Shown here one piece after another: positions 48,012 through 57,503 of a DNA stretch of 64,000 bases (the first letter of the stretch is position 1; every line of letters starts with the position of its first letter). Both the position numbers and the translations under genes were made by a program. The DNA lies in assembly GCA_002428665.1 (NCBI GenBank), contig DIXK01000067.1, positions 234,617 to 298,616 of the forward strand. The letters run 5' to 3'. A model generated the notes under the pieces. That model worked only from the letters and a program-made list of their open reading frames with translations. It had not been told where the DNA came from and did not search any database. The DNA comes from Verrucomicrobia subdivision 3 bacterium UBA6082. Its GTDB lineage: Bacteria; Verrucomicrobiota; Verrucomicrobiia; Limisphaerales; UBA8199.

Positions 48012-49894
48012 TGTCTACCGTGATCAACGCCACCGACGTGGTGGTGCGCTACCACGAGCAGGTTATCCTGGATAAAGCGACGCTCGTAATCGAAGAAGCC
48101 GACCGGGTGGGGCTAGTCGGTCGCAACGGATGCGGTAAGACAACGTTCCTGCGTGTGCTTGCGGATCTTCAGTCGCCGGACGGCGGAAGCGTTACTCGAC
48201 GTCGGGACCTGGTTGTTAGTTACCTGGCGCAGGATTTTGCCCTCGACCCGAAAAAGAATGTTCTGGAAAACATCCAGCAGGGCGCCTCGTATGTGCTCGA
48301 CCTCATTTCCGAATTCGAATCCCTTCCTGCCGATTCGAGGCGTCATGCCGAATTGGAAGAGCGGATCGTTCGATTTGGAGGTTGGACACTCGACCATCGC
48401 ATTGCGACTGCCATGTCGCACCTTAATTGCCCTGAATCCTCGAGGGACATCGGCTCCCTCTCTGGTGGTGAATTACGTCGGGTAGCCATGTGCCGGACGA
48501 TCATTTCACAGCCTGATCTGTTGTTGCTCGACGAGCCAACCAACCATCTGGATCCCGAATCTATCGACTGGGTGGCTGATTTCTTGGAGAAATTCCAGGG
48601 AGCGTTCCTAGTGGTTACGCACGACCGTTACTTCCTTGATCGAATAGCGAGGCAGATCGTCGAACTCGCAGAAGGTCGGTTCTTTTGGCACGAGGGAAAC
48701 TATACGGATTACCTTCTCGCAAAGGCTGAGCGTCAGGCCGCTGATGCGGTTATTGAGCACAAGCGGCAGATGTTTCTCAAGCGTGAATTGGCCTGGGTTC
48801 GCACCGGCCCAAGTGCCCGGCGCACGAAATTGAAACACCGGTTCGACCGTTATTACGACGTTGCCGCCCAGGAGGGCCCAGTCGTAGAAGAACCTATCGA
48901 GTTATGCATTCCACCGCCACCGCAATTGGGTAACCGTGTTGTTGAGTTGGCTGGGCTAGGGGTCTCTTTAGGAGGACGAACGCTCTTTGAAGATTTTAAT
49001 TTCACCTTCGAGAATGGCCGCCGGATTGGTGTGGTCGGACGCAATGGGCTGGGCAAGACAACCCTGCTCAAAGTCATCCTTGGCCAGATCGCGCCTACTA
49101 AAGGAACGGTCAAAACAGGCCAACTGATACTCTTCAATTACGTCGATCAGGCACGCCTGCAACTCCGCGAGGAGCGCACCGTTTTGGAGGAGGTGAGCGA
49201 TGGTTCTGAATTTGTGATTTTCGGTGAGTCCAGACTATCGCTTCGAGCGTACCTTAAGAGATTTCTATTCACTGACGATCGCATCAGCACACAAGTGAAG
49301 CACCTTTCTGGGGGAGAGCGCAGCCGCTTGCTACTGGCCCGGATACTCAAGAACGGGGGTAATTTCCTCATGCTTGACGAGCCTACGAACGACCTTGACC
49401 TGCCTACTTTACGCGTGCTTGAAGAGGCGCTCATCGCGTTTCCCGGTGTCGTTCTGGTTGTCAGTCACGATCGCTATTTTCTGAATCGTGTGTGCACCGA
49501 CATCCTTGCATTCGAAGGCGATAAACGCATTGTGCACAGCCTGGGGGATTATGACTATTACCTGGAGAAAAAACAGCGGGCGGCAGCTTCGGCTCTCATG
49601 GGGCGTCCATCGGAGGCCAAACAAGCTGCTCGGGCGGTAGTGGTCAGGAGTACCCGACCAAGGAAGTTGACCTTCAAGGAGGCAAGAGAACTGGAGATGA
49701 TCGAACCCCGGATTCTGGAGTGCGAGATCGAGGTTAGCCGTATTGAGAGTCTCTTTGCCGCAAGTGATTTTCACCGACAACACGGGGCCGAAACCGAGGA
49801 ACTGCTAAAAAGTCTGGCACAGGCAAAATCGACTATGGCGGCTCTTTATGCTCGGTGGGAGGAGTTGGACGCGATCGCTAATAATGAGGGTTGA
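48011..49894 (+). CDS. ABC-F family ATPase (Uup/YheS-like; no membrane domain)
   Basis: Two ABC cassettes: GRNGCGKTT, LSGGELRR and LLLLDEPTNHLD; then GRNGLGKTT, LSGGERSR and FLMLDEPTNDLD. An inter-domain linker and a C-terminal coiled-coil tail are present. The start is moved to the ATG at 48011 (MSTVINATDV). Confidence 0.9.
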   Translation: MSTVINATDVVVRYHEQVILDKATLVIEEADRVGLVGRNGCGKTTFLRVLADLQSPDGGSVTRRRDLVVSYLAQDFALDPKKNVLENIQQGASYVLDLISEFESLPADSRRHAELEERIVRFGGWTLDHRIATAMSHLNCPESSRDIGSLSGGELRRVAMCRTIISQPDLLLLDEPTNHLDPESIDWVADFLEKFQGAFLVVTHDRYFLDRIARQIVELAEGRFFWHEGNYTDYLLAKAERQAADAVIEHKRQMFLKRELAWVRTGPSARRTKLKHRFDRYYDVAAQEGPVVEEPIELCIPPPPQLGNRVVELAGLGVSLGGRTLFEDFNFTFENGRRIGVVGRNGLGKTTLLKVILGQIAPTKGTVKTGQLILFNYVDQARLQLREERTVLEEVSDGSEFVIFGESRLSLRAYLKRFLFTDDRISTQVKHLSGGERSRLLLARILKNGGNFLMLDEPTNDLDLPTLRVLEEALIAFPGVVLVVSHDRYFLNRVCTDILAFEGDKRIVHSLGDYDYYLEKKQRAAASALMGRPSEAKQAARAVVVRSTRPRKLTFKEARELEMIEPRILECEIEVSRIESLFAASDFHRQHGAETEELLKSLAQAKSTMAALYARWEELDAIANNEG

Positions 49895-49925
49895 CTTCTA
49901 CCGGCTTGGAACCCTTACTCCATGG

Positions 49926-50309
49926 ATGCGTCTGGTGATGGTCATGTTCGTTGCCATTTTGCTGCTCTGGTCAGCAGGTTGTGCCCGTGGACCGGAACCT
50001 GATCGGTTTGCTCCTATCGATACATCCGGTTGGGCACAAGTCCATGTTGCGGAGAGCGACAGAAAACCAAAGGTGATTTCTCAAGAGACGATCGTGGGCA
50101 CTGTGGTCAAAGTTCATGGCCCCGGTGGGTTCGTCATACTTAACTTTCCGCCAGGCCAAATCCCCCGACCTGACGCCTTGCTCGATCTCTACCGCAGGGG
50201 GGTGAAGATGGGGGAGGTTCGGGTTACCGCCCGTCAACTTGACGACTATGTTGTGGCTGACCTTGTTATGGGGCAGGCTGAGATGGGGGACCAAGCCAAG
50301 GGGCGCTAA
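49926..50309 (+). CDS. small hypothetical lipoprotein
   Basis: MRLVMVMFVAILLLWSAGC lipoprotein-type signal. No recognisable domain. Alternative starts at 49848 and 49884 would overlap the ABC-F gene. Confidence 0.5.
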   Translation: MRLVMVMFVAILLLWSAGCARGPEPDRFAPIDTSGWAQVHVAESDRKPKVISQETIVGTVVKVHGPGGFVILNFPPGQIPRPDALLDLYRRGVKMGEVRVTARQLDDYVVADLVMGQAEMGDQAKGR

Positions 50310-50331
50310 TAGTCTCGGTCGGCTCCCTGTT

Positions 50332-50772
50332 TTAGGCGTCTTCGTTGTCACCTATGGGCGCTCGCGCAGCTTTAGTGCTCTTGGCTGCCACCTGTTTTTG
50401 GTAAGGGGTATGCAGGTTGAAATAAATGCCGCAGAGTGGACGAGGTGAGTCGGCCTGGCTCAAAATGACCGTAATGTGCTTGTCTAAAGCGATTCCGTGG
50501 CGGAGGTTTGGTCCACGGTTTTCGTAAGCCTTGATCGCCTTGCTCAGAAGTGAGACCAGCGAAGTCTCAAATTCGTCCGGAGTTTTATCAAGGCAGACGA
50601 TGTAACGCTCATATTGCCTGAGCGCTTCGTTGATCTCTTTTCTGAACGTTTCTGCGGTCACGGTCAACAAGGTAGGGGTACAGGGGCCAAAGTGAAGTCG
50701 AAAGTGGGCAATGCAAAAGGCGCTCAAATTGAGCGTTGCGAATCCGGACCGGTCTATTCTATACAGTAGCAA
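50332..50772 (-). CDS. hypothetical protein (orphan, opposite strand to its neighbours)
   Basis: The only long ORF in this interval. No motif recognised. A shorter version starting at TTG/GTG near 50659-50670 is possible. Confidence 0.35.
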   Translation of the reverse strand: MLLYRIDRSGFATLNLSAFCIAHFRLHFGPCTPTLLTVTAETFRKEINEALRQYERYIVCLDKTPDEFETSLVSLLSKAIKAYENRGPNLRHGIALDKHITVILSQADSPRPLCGIYFNLHTPYQKQVAAKSTKAARAPIGDNEDA

Positions 50773-50782
50773 TCCGATACGA

Positions 50783-53002
50783 ATGAACTACATCGGCACC
50801 AAGCCGGGTTGCAGTGACAGGTGGCTGCTCAAATCACGTTTCCTGCGTTTTGCTGGGTGGCACTCCCGTGCTTGGTTGGTTGTATTGGTGTTAGCCGGCT
50901 CGATGGGGTCCTCCCGGGTGGGCGCCGCTTTGCAATTCGATGCTTTCCTCGGATTTGACGGGGTTATACCGGAAGCCTGCTGGTTCCCGCTCGTGTTCGA
51001 GGTCAAGAACGATGGTCCCGCGTTTAATGGAACAATCGAAATTACCTCGGGCAACCTCGGCCGGGGAACGGCTCGAGAGGTTCAAGTCGAATTACCCACC
51101 GGTACCCTTAAGCGGTTAGTGGTGCCGGTATTTGCCTCGGCACGGGGTTTTACTACCTGGGATGCGCGTTTGTTCGATGACCGCGGAAAGCTACGTGCCG
51201 AACAGTCCCGGTTGCAGCCGCGCAAACAGATTGCTGCGGAGGTTCCTTTGCTTGGCGCGATTCCCAGAACGCCCAGCGGTGCACCGCAACTTCGCGCGGT
51301 GTTGCCGCAGCAACAGGAACTGCAGCCCGCGACCGCACGGCTGCTGCCGGGTTTGTTCCCGGATAACCCCTTGGTTCTAGAGCGGATGAATGCCCTTTAC
51401 TTGAACTCGGAGCGGGTTGTGGACCTTTCTGTGGCACAGGTGGAAGCCTTGCTGAGCTGGCTCTACTCCGGTGGCAACCTAATCGTTGGCATCGAGCAAC
51501 CTTCGGACATTGGCGGCGTGCCCTGGCTCAAAGCCATTTTCCCGTGTGACCTCAATGAGATGCGGAGTCTTACGAATCATTCAGATCTGCATCAATGGAT
51601 CACTCAGCTTGACTGGCCGGTGAATCCCAGATTACGGTTTGGGCGTCAGACCAGTGTGTCCGGCAGCGTCGTGCCCCCGCTGCAGAATCCGTTTTCGACC
51701 CTTCCTGCTGAGATGGCATTCGAGGCGGAGCCGATGCAGGTCATCAATAGTCAGGTCCGAGATGGTTACGTGGTAGCAGGTTCTGACAGCAGTCCCTTAA
51801 TAGTCAGAGCACCGAGGGGACGTGGGCAAATAACGGTGCTGCTCTTCAGTCCGGAGCGTGAACCGGTACGTTCTTGGAAACACTTGCCGGTGTTTTGGGC
51901 GCGAATGGCGGGTGTTCCGGCGAATTTGTATGCTTCATCCGATTTTACCCAAGCTGGCGGCTGGAGTAGTGATGGAGTTTTTGGGGCCATGCTTGACAGC
52001 CGGCAGGTGCATAAGCTTCCGATCGGCTGGCTCTTGATGCTGTTGCTAGTTTATCTGTTGGTGATCGGACCTGTGGATCATTACTGGCTGAAACGGATCG
52101 GACGCCCCATGCTTACCTGGGTCACGTTTCCCTGTTACGTGGTACTGTTTTCGTTTGTGATCTACCTGATCGGTTACAAACTCCGTGCTGGAGAGTCGGA
52201 ATGGAACGAATTGCACTTGGTGGATGTTATGCCAAAGGCAAAAGGACAGAGTAGTTTCTTGCGCGGACGTAGTTATATCTCCGTGTATTCTCCTTCGAAC
52301 CAAAGATACAAGCTGGAAGGCCAACAGGACACTTCCATGTTGCGGAGCGAGTTTGCCGGCATGTGGGGCACGGGACAGAATGATGATGAAAGCCGGGTAA
52401 CAATGTCGGGTAGCCGATTTAAGGCCGAGGTTTTTGTGCCGGTTTGGACCAGCCGGTTGCTGGTGAGCGATTGGTGTGAAAGTGCTGCGACGCCGGTCAG
52501 TGTTTCGGTCACGCAGAGGGGTTCCGACTGGAGAGTCAGCGTCCAGAACCGTACAGCTTCCGTTTTCACCAATGTGCATTTTGTCTACCAGGACCGCTTG
52601 GTGTCGCTGGGCCCGGTGCCTGCGCAGGGCACCGCGAGCTTTAGCGTTAGCCCGGGGCAGGGGACTTTGCTGCGCGAGTTCGTTTGGAAACACAGTTCCA
52701 GCTTTCAGCAGGCCGTTCAGTCCCGACAATATGCCTTTGGCCAGGCTCGGACGGGTTGGTTGGAGGATCGGCAAGGATCGGCGATCTCGTTGAGTTTTAT
52801 CTCCCATGCAGCGCCCACGCACGCCTATCAAAGCTCATTCGTTATGCCACCGGGTTTGGAGCTGTCCCCAATACTCGAGCAGGGGCAGGCCGTGCTTCTT
52901 GCCTGGGCCGAAGGTTTCTCGCCAGCAAAGCCTATGCGCCAGTTTACTCCAAGACGCACCCAGCAATTCACACTTTTGCGAGTAGCCACTCCTTTACCAT
53001 GA
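50783..53002 (+). CDS. large membrane protein of unknown function, accessory to the downstream ABC ATPase
   Basis: N-terminal signal/anchor (AWLVVLVLAGSMGSS). A pair of central TM helices (IGWLLMLLLVYLLVIGPV, LTWVTFPCYVVLFSFVIYLIGY) separates two large soluble regions. Its stop overlaps the ATG of the ABC ATPase (ATGA). The start is chosen at ATG 50783 to avoid overlap with the minus-strand ORF. Confidence 0.7.
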   Translation: MNYIGTKPGCSDRWLLKSRFLRFAGWHSRAWLVVLVLAGSMGSSRVGAALQFDAFLGFDGVIPEACWFPLVFEVKNDGPAFNGTIEITSGNLGRGTAREVQVELPTGTLKRLVVPVFASARGFTTWDARLFDDRGKLRAEQSRLQPRKQIAAEVPLLGAIPRTPSGAPQLRAVLPQQQELQPATARLLPGLFPDNPLVLERMNALYLNSERVVDLSVAQVEALLSWLYSGGNLIVGIEQPSDIGGVPWLKAIFPCDLNEMRSLTNHSDLHQWITQLDWPVNPRLRFGRQTSVSGSVVPPLQNPFSTLPAEMAFEAEPMQVINSQVRDGYVVAGSDSSPLIVRAPRGRGQITVLLFSPEREPVRSWKHLPVFWARMAGVPANLYASSDFTQAGGWSSDGVFGAMLDSRQVHKLPIGWLLMLLLVYLLVIGPVDHYWLKRIGRPMLTWVTFPCYVVLFSFVIYLIGYKLRAGESEWNELHLVDVMPKAKGQSSFLRGRSYISVYSPSNQRYKLEGQQDTSMLRSEFAGMWGTGQNDDESRVTMSGSRFKAEVFVPVWTSRLLVSDWCESAATPVSVSVTQRGSDWRVSVQNRTASVFTNVHFVYQDRLVSLGPVPAQGTASFSVSPGQGTLLREFVWKHSSSFQQAVQSRQYAFGQARTGWLEDRQGSAISLSFISHAAPTHAYQSSFVMPPGLELSPILEQGQAVLLAWAEGFSPAKPMRQFTPRRTQQFTLLRVATPLP

Positions 53003-53958
53003 GCTTGAGCGATCCCGCCTCACCAATACCGGCAGTTCAAACCAGTGGGCTTTCCCGGAACTATGGGACGCTGGCTGCCCTGGACCAGATCGATTTGACC
53101 GTTGATCAAGGGGATCTCTTTGGCTTTATAGGTTCAAATGGCGCGGGGAAGACAACCACCTTACGCATTCTTGCGACCTTCCTGGCACCCTCAGGCGGCA
53201 CTGCTTGTGTCATGGGGTACGACGTGGTCAAGGAAGCGGACAAGGTGCGGCACATCATTGGTTACATGCCCGATTTTTTTGGAGTTTACAAGGACATGGA
53301 GGTGACGGAGTACCTCGATTTCTTCGGTGCGTGCTACAAAATACCCGTAGCCCAACGGGAGAAGACGGTTGCAGATGTGCTGGAGTTGGTCGGCTTGACG
53401 GAAAAGCGGGGTGCGTTGATCGGGGCACTGAGCAGGGGGATGCAACAACGCCTGGGCTTGGCCAGGGTCCTGATTCACGATCCCCAAGTACTGTTGCTGG
53501 ACGAACCAGCCAGCGGGCTGGATCCTCGGGCACGGATCGAGATGATGGCCGTGCTCCAGGAACTACAACGACTCCGGAAGACCATCATCATTTCTTCCCA
53601 CATTCTTAGTGAGCTCCAGACTCTGTGCAACCGTGTGGCCATCATTGAGCGCGGAAAGTTGATCTACAGCGGGCCAGTTCAGGGTGTTCGCGAGCAGGTG
53701 GGCAGCGGGCGGGTGATTTGGGTTAGAGTCGGCACCGACCAGGCGGAGGCTATCGCTTTGCTTCGAGTCCGTCCTGAAGTATCCGCAGTGGTTGCGGTGG
53801 ATGGTGAAATAAAGGTAACGCTGGCCAGCCAGGAAACTGATCACAGCCTTGTGGCTGAAGTTCTCGTCAAGAACGGCGTGCGGTTGCTGGAAATGCGGGA
53901 GGATGAGATTGGACTCGAAGAGGTGTTCATGCAAGTGACCCGGGGGGAGACCCAGTGA
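52999..53958 (+). CDS. ABC transporter ATP-binding protein (ABC-2 exporter type)
   Basis: Walker A GSNGAGKTTT, Q-loop, signature LSRGMQQRLGLA, Walker B LLLDEPASGLD, H-loop ISSHIL, plus a C-terminal domain of about 100 aa. The start is moved to the ATG at 52999. Confidence 0.9.
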   Translation: MSLSDPASPIPAVQTSGLSRNYGTLAALDQIDLTVDQGDLFGFIGSNGAGKTTTLRILATFLAPSGGTACVMGYDVVKEADKVRHIIGYMPDFFGVYKDMEVTEYLDFFGACYKIPVAQREKTVADVLELVGLTEKRGALIGALSRGMQQRLGLARVLIHDPQVLLLDEPASGLDPRARIEMMAVLQELQRLRKTIIISSHILSELQTLCNRVAIIERGKLIYSGPVQGVREQVGSGRVIWVRVGTDQAEAIALLRVRPEVSAVVAVDGEIKVTLASQETDHSLVAEVLVKNGVRLLEMREDEIGLEEVFMQVTRGETQ

Positions 53959-54070
53959 GAAGCGAGTTACCAAAGCCTCCGATTTACTTCAGAATGGAGG
54001 CGTATGGCGGTGGTTTCTTTTGGTGGTGGTCGCGGACTATAGCGGTTGTTTCCAAAGCTGCCACTGCTGC

Positions 54071-55702
54071 ATGACTTTTCTACCTGTTGTTCAACGCGAG
54101 TTGCGCGTGGCAGCGCGACGTAGCAGCACCTATTGGATCAGGTCGGGTGCGGGTGGGGTGATTGTTGGCGTTTCCGCCTGGGTCTTCCTGATGATGCAAC
54201 GTGAGGCGCCTCGCCAGTTGGGGATGGTTGTTTTCACGGCGACCACGGCAGTTACCGTGCTTTACTGCCTGCTTGCGGGTGTTCGGACGACAGCGGACTG
54301 CCTGAGCCAGGAGAAGCGCGATGGGACCCTGGGGTTGTTATTTCTCACTGATCTTCGCGGGTACGATGTGGTTTTGGGCAAAATGGTGTCGAGTTCCATG
54401 GACGCCGTCTACACGGCTATTGCCGCGGTGCCAGTGCTGGCGATTCCGTTGTTGATGGGAGGGGTGACGGTGGACCAGTTTTGGCGTATGGCACTCGTGG
54501 CTTTGAACGCGTTGTTCTTCTCTTTGTGTGTTGGTATGCTTGTATCCTCGATGACGCAAGATGGGCGACGGTCCATGGGAATGACGTTCTTGGTAATATT
54601 AATTTTCACCGCGCTGCTGCCGGCCCTCGGAGGCTGGGTCGCTTTCAAGGGCGGGCCTCAGGCTCTGGTAAAGGCGCTGTTCTGGCCGAGCATTGGTTAC
54701 AGTTATTTCCAGGTTTTCAATCCATTTGGGCCACGGAGTGGTGAATTCTGGTTGTCGATGATGGTCGTTCACCTGATTGCCTGGGGCGCTCTTGCGCTTG
54801 CCGCCCTGGTGGTACCCTACTCTTGGCAAGACCGGGCTCGAGATCACGGGCGACCCAGCTGGCGGAGGAAGTGGGAATTCTTGCGGTTGGGCAAACCTGA
54901 GGTTCGCGCGGCCTTTCGCCGAGAGTTGCTCGAGCAAAACGCCTTCTTTTGGCTGGCGGCGCGTGTACGATTCAAGCCTGCCATGGCATGGGCGGTGCTT
55001 GGCATGCTGGGAGTTGGATGGTTTTGGGGTCTACTGAAATTTGAGCGAGATTGGCTTAATGAAGGTATTTACGTTACTACAGGTGTCATCTTGAACATGC
55101 TCTTGAAGGGGTGGGTGGCATCTGAAGCATCGAGGCAGTTGGCGGACGAGCGCCAGCAGGGAACGCTGGAGTTGTTGCTCTCTACACCTCTCGGAATCCG
55201 CCAAATCCTGGACGGGCAACGTTTGGCATTGCAGCGGCAATTCTTGGGGCCGTTTGTCTTGGTGATGCTGGTAGAGATGATGCTGATGGCGGCCGGGTTA
55301 AACAGCATCCGGCCGTCTGATGAGCGCTTGTTTTGGGGAATGATTTGGCTCGGGTCATTAGTCCTGCTGCCGGCCGATTTGGTAGCGTGTTACTGGGTGG
55401 GGATGTGGCAGGCCTTGACTGCTTCGAGCTATACTCGGGCGGCCCGTAATACCGTGTTCAGGGTTCTGATTCTGCCTTGGATCGTGTTTTTTCTTGTGCT
55501 GTTACTGGTGGCGCTGGCCAGCATGGATTCGCGGAGGGAACCTTCCTGGCAGTTTCTTGTGCTCATGTGGTTCTTAATCGGCATTGGCGTGGACTTGGTT
55601 TTCGGAGTCTCCGCTCGCCAAAAACTCCTCAGTGAATTTCGCACCCGCGCTGCTGCGCGATACGAACCCCGGCAAGGTTTCTGGCAGCGTCTGTTTCGCT
55701 GA
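54071..55702 (+). CDS. internally duplicated ABC-2-type permease-like membrane protein
   Basis: Polytopic. The family-typical E-x-x-x-G-T-L-x-L-L loop occurs twice (LSQEKRDGTLGLLFLTDL and LADERQQGTLELLLSTPL), indicating two fused ABC-2 halves. The start is placed at the ATG at 54071 (MTFLPVVQRELR). Confidence 0.75.
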   Translation: MTFLPVVQRELRVAARRSSTYWIRSGAGGVIVGVSAWVFLMMQREAPRQLGMVVFTATTAVTVLYCLLAGVRTTADCLSQEKRDGTLGLLFLTDLRGYDVVLGKMVSSSMDAVYTAIAAVPVLAIPLLMGGVTVDQFWRMALVALNALFFSLCVGMLVSSMTQDGRRSMGMTFLVILIFTALLPALGGWVAFKGGPQALVKALFWPSIGYSYFQVFNPFGPRSGEFWLSMMVVHLIAWGALALAALVVPYSWQDRARDHGRPSWRRKWEFLRLGKPEVRAAFRRELLEQNAFFWLAARVRFKPAMAWAVLGMLGVGWFWGLLKFERDWLNEGIYVTTGVILNMLLKGWVASEASRQLADERQQGTLELLLSTPLGIRQILDGQRLALQRQFLGPFVLVMLVEMMLMAAGLNSIRPSDERLFWGMIWLGSLVLLPADLVACYWVGMWQALTASSYTRAARNTVFRVLILPWIVFFLVLLLVALASMDSRREPSWQFLVLMWFLIGIGVDLVFGVSARQKLLSEFRTRAAARYEPRQGFWQRLFR

Positions 55703-55938
55703 TAACTTCAGGCATTTGGGATCGCAAAACCCATTTTGGGACTGATCTTATTGACCAGCCTGAGTCAGGGAGCACGGCCTGGCCTTGACCTGGGATGATG
55801 TAAGACCGACCAAAAGGTGGATTTCTAGGGCGTCTTTTGTGTTTAAGATGAACTTGAAGAGATCGGGTGGTTGAGACATTCTGGGAGGTGGAAACCATAT
55901 TGCTTGCTTAAAACCACTACGCCTGGGACCACAATTAT

Positions 55939-56988
55939 ATGAGACTAAACCATTGGACATTCAGAGCGTGCATGACAGTCCTCGCCGGTTTGTACCTTAG
56001 CTCCTGCAAGCCAGGGGGAGTTGAAGAAGGGAAGGAGTCTTCGCAGGTTATCAAACTCACCTACAGCATCTTCTTCCCCCCGACCCACGTGCAGTGCGTT
56101 GCGGCTACAGAATGGGCCAGCGAGATCAAGAAACGTACGGCAGGACGTGTTGATATATCGATGTTTCCGGCTGGCTCGTTGACCAAGGCCGAGCAGTGCT
56201 TCGAAGGCGTTGCCAAAGGTATCTCCGATCTCGGCATGAGTTGTTTTGCGTATACCCGAGGCCGGTTTCCGCTGCTGGAGGGGTTGGATTTGCCAGTAGG
56301 GTATCCGGATGGTCTCACTGCAACCCGTGTTGCCAATATTGTGGTTCAGAAGTACAGGCCGGCGGAGTTGCAGGATGTGAAGGTTCTCTATGTTCACGCC
56401 CATGGCCCAGGCATCCTCGCGAGCAAGCGGCCCGTCAAGACGCTGGCTGATATGAAAAACCTGAAAGTCCGTGCCACCGGGCTTTCGGCGAAGATTGTTG
56501 AGTCGCTTGGCGGCACCTCGATCGCTATGAGTCAGCCGGAAACCTATGAAGCACTTTCCAAAGGCGTCGTCGAAGCGACTCTCTGCCCCATCGAAACGCT
56601 CAAGGGATGGAAACAGGGTGAAACGATCGATTACGTGATCGATTCCTCCGCTATCGGATACACCACAGCGATGTTTGTCATAATGAATAAAGAGAAGTGG
56701 GACAGGCTGCCAAGTGAGATACAGACCGTGTTCGAGGAAGTAAGCAGAGAGTGGATAGGAAAACACGGAGAGGCTTGGGATCGCGCCGATCGCGAGGGAC
56801 GCGAATTCGTCAGAGGGCTTAACCGTCAGTTCATCGAGTTGTCTGAAAGCGAGCAAGCTCAATGGAAATCTGCAGTCAAACCTATCCTGGAGAATTACGT
56901 CCAACAGTGCCGCTCTAAGAACCTACCCGGCGCAGAACTCCTGGCGGATGTCGAGGCGGAGATAGCCAAGGGAAGTTCAACCCCATGA
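55939..56988 (+). CDS. dctP: TRAP transporter substrate-binding lipoprotein (DctP family)
   Basis: Lipobox (LYLSSC). DctP-like blocks are present ([31 protein letters not shown]). It is followed by Q and M subunits with ATGA overlaps. Confidence 0.88.
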   Translation: MRLNHWTFRACMTVLAGLYLSSCKPGGVEEGKESSQVIKLTYSIFFPPTHVQCVAATEWASEIKKRTAGRVDISMFPAGSLTKAEQCFEGVAKGISDLGMSCFAYTRGRFPLLEGLDLPVGYPDGLTATRVANIVVQKYRPAELQDVKVLYVHAHGPGILASKRPVKTLADMKNLKVRATGLSAKIVESLGGTSIAMSQPETYEALSKGVVEATLCPIETLKGWKQGETIDYVIDSSAIGYTTAMFVIMNKEKWDRLPSEIQTVFEEVSREWIGKHGEAWDRADREGREFVRGLNRQFIELSESEQAQWKSAVKPILENYVQQCRSKNLPGAELLADVEAEIAKGSSTP

Positions 56989-57503
56989 CGCAGACGGTGG
57001 TCTCACCCCGTGGAATGATCGAATTGTATCACAAGCTCCTCCGAAGTTTGGTCAAATCCCTTGCTTATGTGGCTGGGACAGGCCTCATTCTGATGGTTGT
57101 AATTACAGGGGCGGATGTCGTCTTGCGCCTCTTCCACCTTTCTCTCACGGGTGCTTACGACCTCGTCAAGATAGCTGCTGCAATGACTGTGGCAGCCGCG
57201 TTGCCCTACACCACCTCAATCAAGGGGCACGTGGCCATCGAATTCTTTTTCCACAAGCTCGGGCGGCGGGGGCGCGTCTTGGCCGACGGATTAATGCGAA
57301 TTGCTGGTATGGTGCTTTTCGCGCTGCTGGCGTGGGGTTGCATTGACTATGGGAATTCCCTGCGTGAGAAAGGGGAAGTCAGCATGACTCTGCAGCTTCC
57401 AGTTTTCTGGGTAGCTTATGTTTTGGCCATATCTTGTGGGTTGGTGGTCCTTATCAAACTATATCACCTGACGCACCCAGGGAAGCCCATGATCAAGCCA
57501 TGA
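56985..57503 (+). CDS. dctQ: TRAP transporter small permease (DctQ family)
   Basis: 172 aa with four hydrophobic helices. It sits between the P and M subunits, with 4-nt overlaps on both sides. Confidence 0.8.
   Translation: MTQTVVSPRGMIELYHKLLRSLVKSLAYVAGTGLILMVVITGADVVLRLFHLSLTGAYDLVKIAAAMTVAAALPYTTSIKGHVAIEFFFHKLGRRGRVLADGLMRIAGMVLFALLAWGCIDYGNSLREKGEVSMTLQLPVFWVAYVLAISCGLVVLIKLYHLTHPGKPMIKP

Noticed and set aside
55945-56904. 319-codon minus-strand ORF
   Set aside because: It lies entirely antisense to the clearly recognisable DctP gene and has no recognisable motifs. It is a typical shadow ORF in GC-biased coding sequence. The same reasoning applies to 52046-52831 (-), 15050-15796 (+), 25362-26051 (+), 8885-9439 (-), 17947-18429 (+), 18895-19464 (-) and 3572-4054 (+).
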